From NCBI GenBank assembly GCA_000004985.1, contig GG738901.1: 64,000 bases of DNA; one strand, given 5' to 3'. A model generated the notes under the pieces. That model worked only from the letters and a program-made list of their open reading frames with translations, ran no database searches and was not told where the DNA came from. Positions 53,592-64,000 of the stretch are shown here, one piece after another. The first letter of the stretch is position 1. Every line of letters begins with the position of its first letter. Position numbers and translations under genes: made by a program. Origin of the DNA: Naegleria gruberi (Eukaryota).

Positions 53592-54749
53592 ATGAGTGCA
53601 CCATCAACTACCAATAATTTCCTTGCAAATGTTTTGCAAACGCTTTCGAATAACTTTTTTGCAGACCTCAATAATACCAGCATCAGCACTCCAACCCTGA
53701 ATATCCTTTCCAATGAAACTGTACCAAATACAAGTCCTCCAACACCAACTCTTCATCCTCTTTCATACCCTTCTCTGGTAGCAAGTTTCAATAATTTTGA
53801 TAATTCTTCCATGTCTATGCGATCAGAGAGAGGAAACATGACTATTCGAAGAATGGTGAGTCCTCCAACTACAGATCCAGCACAAAACAATACCATTACA
53901 CCTCCACCAACAGTTGCCATACCAATTGTTCCTCCAGTGTTGGCTGGAGGTGCTCATCCACCTCCTGCTCACTTGTTGGGTGGAGCAGCTGCTAATGCTC
54001 CATTCACACCAGATAGTTTGCCTTGCATTCAATTTACCACTAATCTTTCGAATAGTTATTCAACCATTGTATCGACTAGACATAGCCGAACAATTGAGAC
54101 TCACTCCTGTGGAGCTTCTACTCAACCAAACACCTCGGTTGAATACATTTTTTATACGAAACACACTCATCCTCAATACACTTATTTTGAGGTAAAGCTG
54201 GCAGATAAACTCTTTTCTAATGCGCAGTCATCTGCTCCTGAAGTAGCTCTTGGTTTTGCACCTTTTGGATACAAGGGAATGGTCGGTTGGATGAAAAACT
54301 CAATTGGTTTCCATGTTGATAATGGACGAGTTTATGACGAGAGAGATGCAACAAACGGTATTGCAGATCGTGTATATTTAGGAAGTGTCAGTAGAGGAGA
54401 TGTCATTGGATGTTTGCTCAATCACAAGAATGGAGAATTTTTGGTTGTAAAGAATGGTCAAGAATTGCACAATCTTTCACATGGAACTGTCTTTAAGCAT
54501 GACCACTTTAAACAATCTCATCAATTTTTGCCAACCATTTCATGTTCAGATATTCACTTGGAAATGGAGGTGAATTTGGGATTGGACATGGTACGAAAAC
54601 CATTCCTCTATCCAAGAGTTGTTCACTTTAGACAATTGGACAGATTATTGGCCATGGTCATTTCAGAAGATCAACAAGTAACTTGTTCGAGTTTTAATTT
54701 CACAGATTTGAAAATCACCACACAAACCAATATTGTGCAATTTGATTAA
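53592..54749 (+). CDS. SPRY (B30.2-like) domain protein with Pro/Thr-rich N-terminal region
   Basis: YFEVKLADK...ALGFAPFGYKGMVGWMKNSIGFHVDNGRVYD...VIGCLLNHKNGEFLVVKNG is a SPRY fold resembling RanBP9/SSH4-type. The first ATG is at 53592. Confidence 0.65.
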   Translation: MSAPSTTNNFLANVLQTLSNNFFADLNNTSISTPTLNILSNETVPNTSPPTPTLHPLSYPSLVASFNNFDNSSMSMRSERGNMTIRRMVSPPTTDPAQNNTITPPPTVAIPIVPPVLAGGAHPPPAHLLGGAAANAPFTPDSLPCIQFTTNLSNSYSTIVSTRHSRTIETHSCGASTQPNTSVEYIFYTKHTHPQYTYFEVKLADKLFSNAQSSAPEVALGFAPFGYKGMVGWMKNSIGFHVDNGRVYDERDATNGIADRVYLGSVSRGDVIGCLLNHKNGEFLVVKNGQELHNLSHGTVFKHDHFKQSHQFLPTISCSDIHLEMEVNLGLDMVRKPFLYPRVVHFRQLDRLLAMVISEDQQVTCSSFNFTDLKITTQTNIVQFD

Positions 54750-54880
54750 TATTTCTCTGTTCAATTGAAATAATAAAAATGTAAATATTTAAAATACTTT
54801 CCTTTTTATTGATGATTTGTTGTATCAAAATTCAAATCTAAGATGACGTTTGTATTACATACAGATACCAAAAAGTCAAC

Positions 54881-54953
54881 CGCCCCACGTGGGGCTCGAA
54901 CCCACGACCGTTGGATTAAAAGTCCAACGCTCTACCGACTGAGCTAGCGGGGC
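54881..54953 (-). tRNA. tRNA-Lys (anticodon UUU)
   Basis: The reverse complement reads GCCCCGCTAGCTCAGTCGGTAGAGCGTTGGACTTTTAATCCAACGGTCGTGGGTTCGAGCCCCACGTGGGGCG. The anticodon loop CTTTTAA gives UUU. The cloverleaf is canonical. Confidence 0.85.
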
Positions 54954-55146
54954 TGCTCATTATCTGTCCTATCAAGTTAAATTTCCGATGGTTGATTTTA
55001 TTTACGTCTTGTTGGTACTATCAATGTAACTGCAGATTGCACTTATTCCTTCATACTTTAATTCCTTCATAATAAGGTTTCAAATTGGGTTCACTGTTGA
55101 TTGAATGCTTCAATGCTTTAATTAATTTAAATATTATTTAAAAAAA

Positions 55147-56157
55147 ATGAAACAACTTGTCTTGGCTATTTTCCTCTTGTTTTTCCTTGCTTTATTAACA
55201 ACAATGGAAGGAAAATCAATGAAAAACAACATGAATAATCGACCAGTGATTGGAATTTTAGCACAACCTACACTTACCGGAAAGATATCAATTTATGGAA
55301 AGTATTATATTGATGCAGCCTATGTAAAGTTTGTAGAGAGTTCGGGTGCTCGAGTTGTTCCTCTGAGGTTTGATTTACCTCGTGATGAGATGAGAAGTTA
55401 TTTTGATCAGTTGAATGGAATTTTGTTTGCTGGAGGTGGAGTTGATTTGGTGGAGAAGAATGGAGATTTGACTCCCTATATGAAATCACAACAAATGTTG
55501 GTAAATTGGGCTATTGAAGCCTATGAGAAGAATGGTGATTATATGCCAATGTGGGGAACTTGTTTGGGATTTCAGGGATTGGCTATTGCTTTGGCTAATG
55601 ATAGCTCTGTAATGCAAAGTGGATTTGATTCAGAGAATATGGCCATTCCATTGGATTTTACAATGCCAGAGTCAAAAATTATAGAATCAACAAGATTATT
55701 CAATCCTAAAGAGGTGGACTCTGTTCAAATGAGGGATATTGTCTATTTGTTAGGAAATAAGAATGTTACTTTCAATGCTCACCATGATGGTATTCCAATA
55801 GATAGATGGATCAGTAATTCAAATTTAAACAAACAAGTAAGACTCATATCAACAAATCTCGATAGAAATGGAAGGAAATATGCTAGTCTTTTGGAACATT
55901 CCAAATACCCAATTTATGGAAGTCAATTCCATCCTGAAAAGAGCATGTTTGAGTGGAATCCAAATGAAGTCATTAATCACTCTTTAGAAAGCGTTAAGGT
56001 CAATTCATATTTTGGAAAATTCTTTATTAATGAATGCAGAAAGAACTCTCACACCTTCAAATCTGAACAATTTTTAGAAAAGTCTCTCATTTACCAATTC
56101 ACCCCAGTTTACACTTATCCACTCGTAAATGATTTTGAGCAATGCTACTTTGTATAA
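55147..56157 (+). CDS. Gamma-glutamyl hydrolase (peptidase C26), secreted
   Basis: It has a signal peptide, GILFAGGG, the catalytic Cys in PMWGTCLGFQ and the His in GSQFHPEKS. Confidence 0.8.
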   Translation: MKQLVLAIFLLFFLALLTTMEGKSMKNNMNNRPVIGILAQPTLTGKISIYGKYYIDAAYVKFVESSGARVVPLRFDLPRDEMRSYFDQLNGILFAGGGVDLVEKNGDLTPYMKSQQMLVNWAIEAYEKNGDYMPMWGTCLGFQGLAIALANDSSVMQSGFDSENMAIPLDFTMPESKIIESTRLFNPKEVDSVQMRDIVYLLGNKNVTFNAHHDGIPIDRWISNSNLNKQVRLISTNLDRNGRKYASLLEHSKYPIYGSQFHPEKSMFEWNPNEVINHSLESVKVNSYFGKFFINECRKNSHTFKSEQFLEKSLIYQFTPVYTYPLVNDFEQCYFV

Positions 56158-56219
56158 TATTTATTAACAAGTTATTATTTATTTGAAATATGTTAGTGAG
56201 AGTTGTTGTTGGACCTGTT

Positions 56220-57812
56220 TCAAAATTGGTTTAATATCTCAAAATCTATTTGAAGATTTGACGAGTTATTGTTAGTGGAATTCTCCCATTCTTTCATGAC
56301 CTCGTGTGGATTGATAGGCCTTAAAGGCAAAAATTGATCATCGTCGTTTCTTTCATGATCATCATTCCCTGAAAGGAAGAAGTTATCCATGTCTGTAATT
56401 AATGATTGATCTTGTTCTTTATCTTCTTCCTTATAAAAGAATGATAGAGGTGAAGATGGAGCATTGGATTGTGGGGGAGGATTATTATTTACATTATCAA
56501 ATGAAAGATCACCGACGTCTTCATTGAGAAGAGAATCAAGCATGTCATCAAAATCAGATTGGCCATTCATATTATTATTATTGGCAGATTGTTGAGGAGT
56601 ATTGTTAGGATAGGAGGTTGACATTTGTTGAAATACTCCTGGCTCTGAATTCTGGGCAAAGATACTATTAAAGAGAGCTTGTTGATGAAATTCTTGAAGT
56701 TCTGGAGTACTTTGGGCCATAATGCCATTTTGATGGGCTGTTCTATTGTACAATAATTGTTGATTGGCATCAGGGTTCAATACTGTATGTCCACTCGTAT
56801 TCATATTAACAGGTTGATTACTGTACAATGCATTTCCAATACCCATCAAGAATTTCTGATTCTCCACACTCATATCTGTCTCACTATATGAAAGACTGAA
56901 CTTTTTGTTACCGACTTCTTGAAGTTGCTGATTGGGTTGAATATTGATATTATTCTGACTCAAAGCTGCAGCCAATGAATGACGATCCAAATTGAGCATG
57001 GAATTCTTCTTTGAAAAGCTGGGAGATTTTTCAATACCTCTTCTAGGAGACATATTTGGTGGAATTCCATTTGGACCCATTCCATTCATCATTGATTGAG
57101 CATGTAGTGAATTGGAATCACTCAAATCTAAATTATTCTTTGAACAACCAGCTTTTGGTTTCTTCTTCATTTCCAGTTCAAAGTAGTTTGCCTTGAAATT
57201 TCCCAAACCAGAGTGTTTCTTCATTCTCAAACTTGTGGTATTGTGAAGAGTGGAGGCTGAATTGTGCTTTTTCAGAGAGGGTGGACTCTTCAAGTGAGAT
57301 AAAAGAGGAGAATTAAGATTCGAATAATTATTAGGTGGAGTAGAGTAATGACTATTCATCTTGCTATTCCTTGTTGGAGTAGATGGTGCATTTAAATCAA
57401 AAGTTGGAATAGTACCTCTATTGAGAACGTCAGCTGTTGTCTCATTAATGAACATTAATGTGTTTGATGGTGGAGCTTGATTGACTTGTGAATGATGAGA
57501 ACCACTGCCACTGCCACTACTATGACCTACACTACTATGATTACTAGAATGTCCGTTAGAAGATTGAGAAATTGGAGAAACAACCTGTTGCTGCTGTTGT
57601 TGCTGTTGCTGTTGCTGTTGTTGATATAAATTATTAATGTCTTGTTGATTGAGTAAGGAATTATAGAGTTGAGCTTGAGACGAAAGTTGTTGTTGTTGTT
57701 GTTGCATTAGCATATTTTGAAATCCTTGAGGATTAGTTTGAGGAGAAAGTGCTGCACCTCGGCTTGATGCATTTAAAACTTGCAAAATGTTTGTCGAGTT
57801 TGATGCCATCAT
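56220..57812 (-). CDS. Gln-rich low-complexity protein (poly-Q tracts)
   Basis: The ATG is at 57812 (MMASNSTNILQ...). It has poly-Q runs encoded by a (CAA/CAG)n microsatellite and a Ser/Asn-rich region. I recognise no domain. Confidence 0.5.
   Translation of the reverse strand: MMASNSTNILQVLNASSRGAALSPQTNPQGFQNMLMQQQQQQLSSQAQLYNSLLNQQDINNLYQQQQQQQQQQQQQVVSPISQSSNGHSSNHSSVGHSSGSGSGSHHSQVNQAPPSNTLMFINETTADVLNRGTIPTFDLNAPSTPTRNSKMNSHYSTPPNNYSNLNSPLLSHLKSPPSLKKHNSASTLHNTTSLRMKKHSGLGNFKANYFELEMKKKPKAGCSKNNLDLSDSNSLHAQSMMNGMGPNGIPPNMSPRRGIEKSPSFSKKNSMLNLDRHSLAAALSQNNINIQPNQQLQEVGNKKFSLSYSETDMSVENQKFLMGIGNALYSNQPVNMNTSGHTVLNPDANQQLLYNRTAHQNGIMAQSTPELQEFHQQALFNSIFAQNSEPGVFQQMSTSYPNNTPQQSANNNNMNGQSDFDDMLDSLLNEDVGDLSFDNVNNNPPPQSNAPSSPLSFFYKEEDKEQDQSLITDMDNFFLSGNDDHERNDDDQFLPLRPINPHEVMKEWENSTNNNSSNLQIDFEILNQF
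57589..57628. repeat. (CTG/TTG)n trinucleotide microsatellite, (CAG/CAA)n on the coding strand, encoding poly-Gln
   Basis: ctgctgttgttgctgttgctgttgctgttgttg, read directly. It lies inside the Q-rich CDS. Confidence 0.6.
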
Positions 57813-58535
57813 GGATGTTTGGCAGATATTTTTACAGTTAGGAAAATTAATTGTTGCGTGATGGAGGTTCGAATATTTGGAGGACCTCAGTAGGGAAAGT
57901 AAACTAGGAAACCGTAGACTAATTAATCTATTTTTAGAGATTCGAATTGTTGAAAAAGTTCCTATTCGAAAGTGATTGTTTTTCGAGTTCAATATTATGC
58001 TCTCGTAAATAATTGATAAAGAGAAAATTGTTTGCCTTTGTTTTTCAAATAACAGATGTAGAGACCTTTTTTTTAACTCACCAATTCTATCTCTGTTACA
58101 AAATCGTGGTTGGTGAGAGGACAAAACGAGAGGTAAAATTTTGGTGTTGACTGAAGTTGAGATATCAAACATTTTGCCTACCAACAAACAATTCGGAAGA
58201 GGACTCGATATTTGATATTGTGCATAGGTAAAGATTGTTTGAGGTGTTGTGATGGACTGGAAAAAGGCGCCAAAAAAAAACCTCAACTAGAGTCAAGAGT
58301 ATTAGCTGAGAGATGATAATTTAAATTTGGGGGCCTTGTTGAGGGTGAAGAGATTAATATAGGAGAGATTGCATATTTTGAGTAATATAATAATTAAATG
58401 TTAATTATTATGATATTCTTATTTCCAATATGAAAGAAAAGTTCATTAAAGAATTAAATAATCAAATGATATGGAATTCATTGGTTTATTCATTCTCATT
58501 GGAATAAATTCCTTTCTCAGAAGACGAAGAAAAAA

Positions 58536-60623
58536 ATGGCAGATTTCGAACTGGAGATTGGTGAACCTGTCCATGACGTGGCTGAGCTCATTGCATGGAT
58601 AGATGCGTGTGATCTCATCAATGATGATGAAGAGGAATCAACAAATGCTCCGAACGATCATTTACAGCACTCATCAAGTGTTCAAAATTATGATTTTCTC
58701 TTGATTGGCTCGAAAGCATTGAAGAGTCATTGGCAAGAATTAAATAATTCAACAATGATGGTGATGAAGGAATCTTTGGCCAAACATTCTGGATTTGGAA
58801 AGAAAATTATCAAGAATCATGTTGATCACCGTTTTGAGAAGGACTCGGATTGGGATTTAGTTTGTCTGAATAAGAAAGCACTGATGGAATTCTTGAAGAA
58901 TGAAGAGATTGAGGAGATTTGTGTTAATTATATTGTACAATTGGAGGATTTTGAAGTGAGTGAGAATGATTATTGTGAATGGATGAACATTGGTGGTCAA
59001 CCAACGAGATGGAAAGAGTTTTCGCTTCGTTTAGAAATGAAGAATGGATTAATTATTGAGATTGAATACTGCACTCATCAATATCACCTGTTAAAGTATT
59101 TGAATTCAAAGAAGATTAATAATGTGAAAGTTCCATTCATGAATGAGTTCAATTGTGCTCTTGCTCCTCTCGAATTGTTGGAAATTATCAAAAGATCTCA
59201 TTTATTCTTTAATATTCTTAACGATTCCTGGTTGAAGCACTTTCTTGATATAGAAATGATTCATTTGATTCAAAAAGTATCGGAAACTCACGATGTCTTA
59301 TACTTGGGCACAGCTTTTGAAGATAACGAGCTCATTTGGTTAGTTTATTACGACAGGCTTACAAAACGAATTGTAAAAATGGCTCAAGATGAACAGGATT
59401 CGTATGATAATTATATTGACATATACTGTTTCAATATAAGGGAGGAAGAGATCCGTCATGTTGCTCGTGATGGTTATTCAGAAAGTTTATTTTCTGTTTT
59501 TGGAGTGAATGAAATTCAATTAAATCCATCATTTTTGGGAGACAGCTCCCAATCTATTGAGTACATGTCTCAAGCTATAGCTGGAAACATTCTCAAAACA
59601 AGTATATTCCGTGTGGTCAACTCTGAAGAATTGGAAAAGTTGATCCTCAAATCAATGCAAAAAGCACTTGATTATAATTACAAGACCTATCTGTTTATGA
59701 TTATTATTGAAGTGTATTGGAAGATTTCTGAGAGAATATTTGACATGCTCCATCAACCCGAAAGACTTGAAGCATTATTTAACACTAAGACTGAAATGTT
59801 AGAATTTAAATTCAAGAATTATCCAATTGATTTGGAGAAGGATGATGTGAAGGATATTTCACATCTGAATGGTCTCTATATTTGCAGTCATTACTTGCCA
59901 ATTCATTTAATTATGAATATCATATCATATTCCCATTCAGCTAGTGATATTATCCATCTTACTCAATTGGACAAGAGTTGGAATCAAATTTTTGAAATTC
60001 AGGATGTCTGGAAGTATTTGTATTTCAGCAGATATCCTACTCCATCCCAATACTATTCTGTGAAATCTACTTTCCAAGCAAAGAGTTGGAAATTGCAAGT
60101 CCTAGCCAGATCCAAATTGAATAGAATTCCACTACTGTCCAGTCAAGGATGTAAGGGACTTGCCGAAGTATTCAAGAGCAAGTTTATTGGAAAATCAGAA
60201 GCTTTCAAACAATTCATTTCTGATTTTTATGCAAACACTTACATTGTGAGCAAGAAGGAAGTTAATAATTCTTCTGATGAATCCAAAACCTTAAAAGCAA
60301 CTTTAATGATTTTCTGGCCAAGACAAGCTCCACTCCAGGTTGACTTGGAAGTTTATCTTGATTATGCTGAGTACAGATCTGGAGATAGTAAAGGAGGTTT
60401 CGGTAGCAGAGAGAAGGTCACAGTTAGATACTTGGGAGGAAAGAGCTCATATTATTCAAATCAACCTTTAATTCTCAGGTCAATCACCAACCCTGAAGAC
60501 TTTATTGGAAGGTACTATCTTTCAATATTGAGTCAACAACAATATGCTTCTCTATTTTCAACTTTGGCAGTTTTAGGATTTGGAAAGAATTGGACAAGTG
60601 AAGTGTTGGGTTATTCGTGGTAG
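58536..60623 (+). CDS. Hypothetical 695-aa protein with internal F-box-like motif
   Basis: The ORF is continuous from the ATG at 58536. The segment LPIHLIMNIISYSHSASDIIHLTQLDKSWNQIFEIQDVWKYLYF is F-box-like. Confidence 0.55.
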   Translation: MADFELEIGEPVHDVAELIAWIDACDLINDDEEESTNAPNDHLQHSSSVQNYDFLLIGSKALKSHWQELNNSTMMVMKESLAKHSGFGKKIIKNHVDHRFEKDSDWDLVCLNKKALMEFLKNEEIEEICVNYIVQLEDFEVSENDYCEWMNIGGQPTRWKEFSLRLEMKNGLIIEIEYCTHQYHLLKYLNSKKINNVKVPFMNEFNCALAPLELLEIIKRSHLFFNILNDSWLKHFLDIEMIHLIQKVSETHDVLYLGTAFEDNELIWLVYYDRLTKRIVKMAQDEQDSYDNYIDIYCFNIREEEIRHVARDGYSESLFSVFGVNEIQLNPSFLGDSSQSIEYMSQAIAGNILKTSIFRVVNSEELEKLILKSMQKALDYNYKTYLFMIIIEVYWKISERIFDMLHQPERLEALFNTKTEMLEFKFKNYPIDLEKDDVKDISHLNGLYICSHYLPIHLIMNIISYSHSASDIIHLTQLDKSWNQIFEIQDVWKYLYFSRYPTPSQYYSVKSTFQAKSWKLQVLARSKLNRIPLLSSQGCKGLAEVFKSKFIGKSEAFKQFISDFYANTYIVSKKEVNNSSDESKTLKATLMIFWPRQAPLQVDLEVYLDYAEYRSGDSKGGFGSREKVTVRYLGGKSSYYSNQPLILRSITNPEDFIGRYYLSILSQQQYASLFSTLAVLGFGKNWTSEVLGYSW

Positions 60624-60643
60624 ATTAATTTTCAAAATATTAT

Positions 60644-61401
60644 TTAATTAAATTCATCATTCAATTCGTTATCATCATACCCATCTTCTTCCTTTGGCAA
60701 ATTCAAAGTCTTAAAGTTAATTCCTGACAGATTTTGAGATGCTGATGATACTTGTAATTGTCCTTCCAACCCTATATCTGGGAGAACTGTTTCCAATGCT
60801 TGCTGATTACTAAGGAGGCATGTGTCGAAAGCATCTTGCTTTTCCTTGAAAATGACCTTGTGTTGAGCAAGTGAATCCAAGAATTGAAGTGGAGGAGTCA
60901 TTGTTTGTTGGTATTGAATAAAATTGTTCATCCATTCCATCTCTTCAATTCTTCTTCTCATTTCAGTTTCTCTTGAGAGTAACTCACTCATCTTTAATTG
61001 TGAAATGTCGTGCAAGGACACCAATGCACGCTTGTATTGTTCTTTGAGTTGAGTTTCCATTTCAACAACATTGGAGACAATCATTTGTCTTCTTTCCTCA
61101 ATAGCAGCCAATTCTTGATCTGCTTGCTTGAATTGCTGCATTTGTGTGAACACTTCAGGAAGAAGAATGGTCTCATCGGTGGGAGGATTCATGGTTTGTT
61201 CTACAAAGTTCAAAGCCTTTCTGTAGGCCTTTCCAATAATCTTGTCACTTGTTTTGAAAAAGTCACGATAATGTTGAAGAGTTTGATTTCTCAATCTCTC
61301 ATCGCCCATATTGTCAAACTCAACAATACAAACAAAATCGCAAAAGATGTGAGCTGGATTGAGCATTATAAATTCGTGATGGAATTCTGGATCTTGTTCC
61401 T
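60644..61401 (-). CDS. Hypothetical coiled-coil protein, exon 2
   Basis: The 53-nt intron 61402..61454 (GTAGGT...TGTAG) joins ...QPG|EEQDPEFHHEF... in frame. A heptad-rich coiled coil follows. Confidence 0.6.
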
Positions 61402-61454
61402 CTACATTTTGAAAGATTGATATTTAAACATATGATAACCTTACAATAACCTAC

Positions 61455-62346
61455 CAGGTTGATAATAAACACTGTCATAACCTTGTGGAATTGAAACAGG
61501 TCCAGTAGTTTTTTTTTCAATACAGAACGATTTTCCTGGATAGAACAAACAGTGCATGAGACGATAGAATTTTTGACGAGATCCTGAACTTTCTTCGTAA
61601 TTGGCTCTAGAGTGCTCTTGAGGTGGTATAAGAGAGGTGCTGAATTGTTGGGTTTCTGGACTCAAGTTAACTCGTCCAACAGATAGTTTGATACCAGCTT
61701 CTGGAACATTGAAACCGTCACAAACAATATTTTCCAAAGTATTCTGAGATCCAATAGCTTCCAAATCGTTCAGGTTAATCCAAACATCCATCAAACCACC
61801 GTCTCCAATTGTAGATCTAAACTGATGATATTCAGAAGACTCCTTCAAACTGTAAATTCTAAAAGCAGTACTTGAAACAGAACCAACAGCCAATCTCAAT
61901 GAATATTCCAAATAGTTATAGAATGGATCTTGTCTTGGTATTTGCTTTGTTTTCATATTGAGAATTTGAAGCTTTTCATTGTTGTACATTGGTAAATCTT
62001 CAGTATTGTCCTCACTCGAATTCATTCTAGGAGAACCGTAGTGTGCTTGTTGATTCATCATGAGCTGCTGTTGTTGAGGTGGAAACTGTCTGTACATGAG
62101 ATTGTTGTGGTGTGGAAAAACCTGTGGTTGTTGATTCATCATTTGTTGATGTTCATTATACAGATTTCTTCTAAAGCTTGCTGCTGGCTGATAACCTCCA
62201 CTTCCCCCACCTGGATAACCAAGGGAATTAGAACCACCTCCCATACTACTTCCTCCATAGCCATTATTATGATTATTATTATAAGTATTATATTGATGCA
62301 TCATCGATGATGATGAGGGCATGCCCGACGATGAGGTATTGTACAT
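61455..62346 (-). CDS. Hypothetical protein, exon 1 (N/Q/G-rich N-terminus and conserved globular segment)
   Basis: The ATG is at 62346 (MYNTSSSGMP...); the ORF-track start at 62412 is upstream and non-ATG. Confidence 0.6.
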
Positions 62347-62761
62347 TTTTTTAATGTAAAAAAACAGCCTTAATTCTTTTTTAACGGTTTTATTTTTTTG
62401 GCGGGCCAACAAGAGCCTCTCTTAAAAGATTCTTCTCATTCCTCCATGAAAACGAAAATCATAATCTGATAATGAAGAAAGTTTGTGAATATATTATTAA
62501 TAAGCTTTTGTTGAAAAATAGTAATTGATAACAAATAATGCGGAACACCAAACCAAGACAATTTTTGAAAATATTTTCCAATTAAAAAAATTTCAATTAC
62601 TGCGCGCTTTTTTTTCTTCTCTTCGTTCAACTAGAAATTTTCCATCTTCAATTACCAGAAGCAGATAACTTGTTAGCAATTCAGATTAAAGTTGCAACAC
62701 AAGAACAAGAACACATTGCGGAAGAATATAGAGAGAGAATTTATTTGCATAAAACTCCAAT

Positions 62762-63532
62762 ATGTATTCACATAGTAGTAGCAATAATAATAACAATGTT
62801 AATGGGGGTGGTAGTTTGTTTTCTCCGAATAGTGTAGCATCATCAACACCTACAACACCATCTTCTCCTTCCATCATGATGAGTCCACCACCATCATCAT
62901 CACATCATCAACAACACCATCAGCATCACCATAATCATCATCATCTTCACCATTCAACTCTTCCACCATTAAATTCATTTCATAATTATACTGCTGGAGT
63001 GATGCAACATTTTGATGGTTTTCATGGAGGTTCTGCAACCTCTCCTTATGGTTCTCCTTCGTTCTCTCTACCTACAACACCTACATCAAACTATGGCCTT
63101 GGAAATGGTCAATCATCGGTAGGCATTGCATCACCTCTTCCAAATGTATTGCATTCGCCTTCTTCAGTGGGGACATCTCCACAACTCAACAATGGATCGA
63201 ATGTCATGGTCAACAAACCATCAACTTCAGCCTTTGGTAAAGTTTCTACAGCTCCAACCCCTAGTGAAATTGTACCAAATTTTGTCATTGACCAAGTGAG
63301 TAAAATTACGAATAGAGATGAATATGAACCAATCAGTCACGAGAATTTAATGTCAATAAGAAAGAGCAAGATTATTTCACCAAATAATGATATTTCTAAA
63401 AGTAAGAATCAATCTACTTCAGAGGATGAGGACTATGATGATGATGGATCAGATTCTGCACAAAAAACAAAATCCGATAAGAAGAAGTACCACCCTATTG
63501 CCTGTGTGCAGTGCAGGTCTTTACACAAAAAG
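62762..63532 (+). CDS. Zn(II)2Cys6 fungal-type transcription factor B, exon 1
   Basis: It ends ..IACVQCRSLHKK plus a GTTTGT donor. The position and sequence are paralogous to gene A (IACLQCRKLHRK). Confidence 0.7.
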
Positions 63533-63572
63533 GTTTGTTTAGTTTCGAATAATGCATTCTAACTCGGAAAAG

Positions 63573-63629
63573 TGTGACAAGAAATTACCTTCATGCTCAA
63601 AATGTATTTCTAGAGGTGTGGAATGTACA
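63573..63629 (+). CDS. Zn(II)2Cys6 transcription factor B, exon 2
   Basis: It encodes CDKKLPSCSKCISRGVECT, completing the Cys6 cluster. It is flanked by a 40-nt intron (63533..63572) and a 54-nt intron (63630..63683, GTATGT...AATAG). Confidence 0.7.
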
Positions 63630-63683
63630 GTATGTAGTTATATTGTTTTGGATTTATTGGAATTTCTAATCAATTGATAATAG

Positions 63684-64000
63684 TATAATACCCCAAGAAA
63701 GAGAGGAAAAGTCTCTAGAAAGGACACTGATAAAACTGATGTAAATAATGTTAATAACAATACTAATAATAACATGAATGGAAACTCATCCATGAACCAA
63801 TCAGGTATTCCACCTTTTGTGAGGACTGAAAAACCAAATAACCATCTTCCTCCACCATCAGTGATTGATTCATACTTTGCAGTTTTATGTGGTGGCCATC
63901 CAGCCATTGAAAAGAAAAAGCTAGAATATACTGTTCAAAATAATTACTCCTATATTAATGCACTCCTAGTGACGAATGACTACAATGTGAGGTTACCAAT
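63684..64000 (+). CDS. Zn(II)2Cys6 transcription factor B, exon 3 (partial, runs off window)
   Basis: The frame stays open to the window end (YNTPRKRGKVSRK...). Confidence 0.65.

Noticed and set aside
1-64000. Prokaryotic or mobile-element features (CRISPR arrays, IS elements, integrases, operons)
   Set aside because: I see none. Genes carry spliceosomal introns and eukaryotic domains. No direct-repeat/spacer arrays or transposase-like ORFs were seen.

Overview
This is a 64-kb stretch of an AT-rich (roughly two-thirds A+T by eye), very gene-dense eukaryotic nuclear genome. I call about 35 protein-coding genes on both strands and three tRNA genes (Leu-CAA, Ser-AGA, Lys-UUU). Several convergent gene pairs leave only 16-62 bp between stop codons.

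Introns are spliceosomal and short. Most are 40-64 nt, with two of about 172-181 nt. Donors are GTAAGT, GTATGT or GTAGGT; acceptors are a plain AG rather than a pyrimidine-rich YAG; CTAAY- or CTGAY-like motifs sit about 15-25 nt upstream of the acceptor. I confirmed 13 introns by reconstructing in-frame junctions that restore conserved protein motifs; two further micro-exon junctions in the Rho gene are inferred and unverified (finding 3).

The provided ORF track often starts ORFs at TTG or GTG. I re-anchored genes on the first plausible ATG.

I found no prokaryotic signatures: no operons, CRISPR arrays or rho-independent terminators.

Gene content points to a fungus. Two paralogous Zn(II)2Cys6 binuclear-cluster transcription factors, a PHO80-like cyclin and fungal-type branch motifs support this. 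It is possibly an early-diverging, zygomycete-grade lineage with expanded F-box-like, Sel1, BTB and NHL families.

The window also carries a head-to-head pair of small DEG/ENaC/ASIC-like channel genes, a family usually considered animal-type. This pair is the most interesting thing I see.

Other recognisable genes are a FAD monooxygenase, a 1000-aa DUF4116 repeat protein plus a fragmented DUF4116 pseudogene, a secreted LRR protein, a Rho GTPase, an OTU deubiquitinase, a secreted NHL+EGF protein, an F-box/Sel1 protein, an NHL/BTB protein, a WD40 protein, an alpha/beta hydrolase, an EF-hand protein, PP2C, WIPI/Atg18, a beta-helix receptor kinase, a SPRY protein and gamma-glutamyl hydrolase. Several N/Q/S-rich low-complexity proteins are also present.
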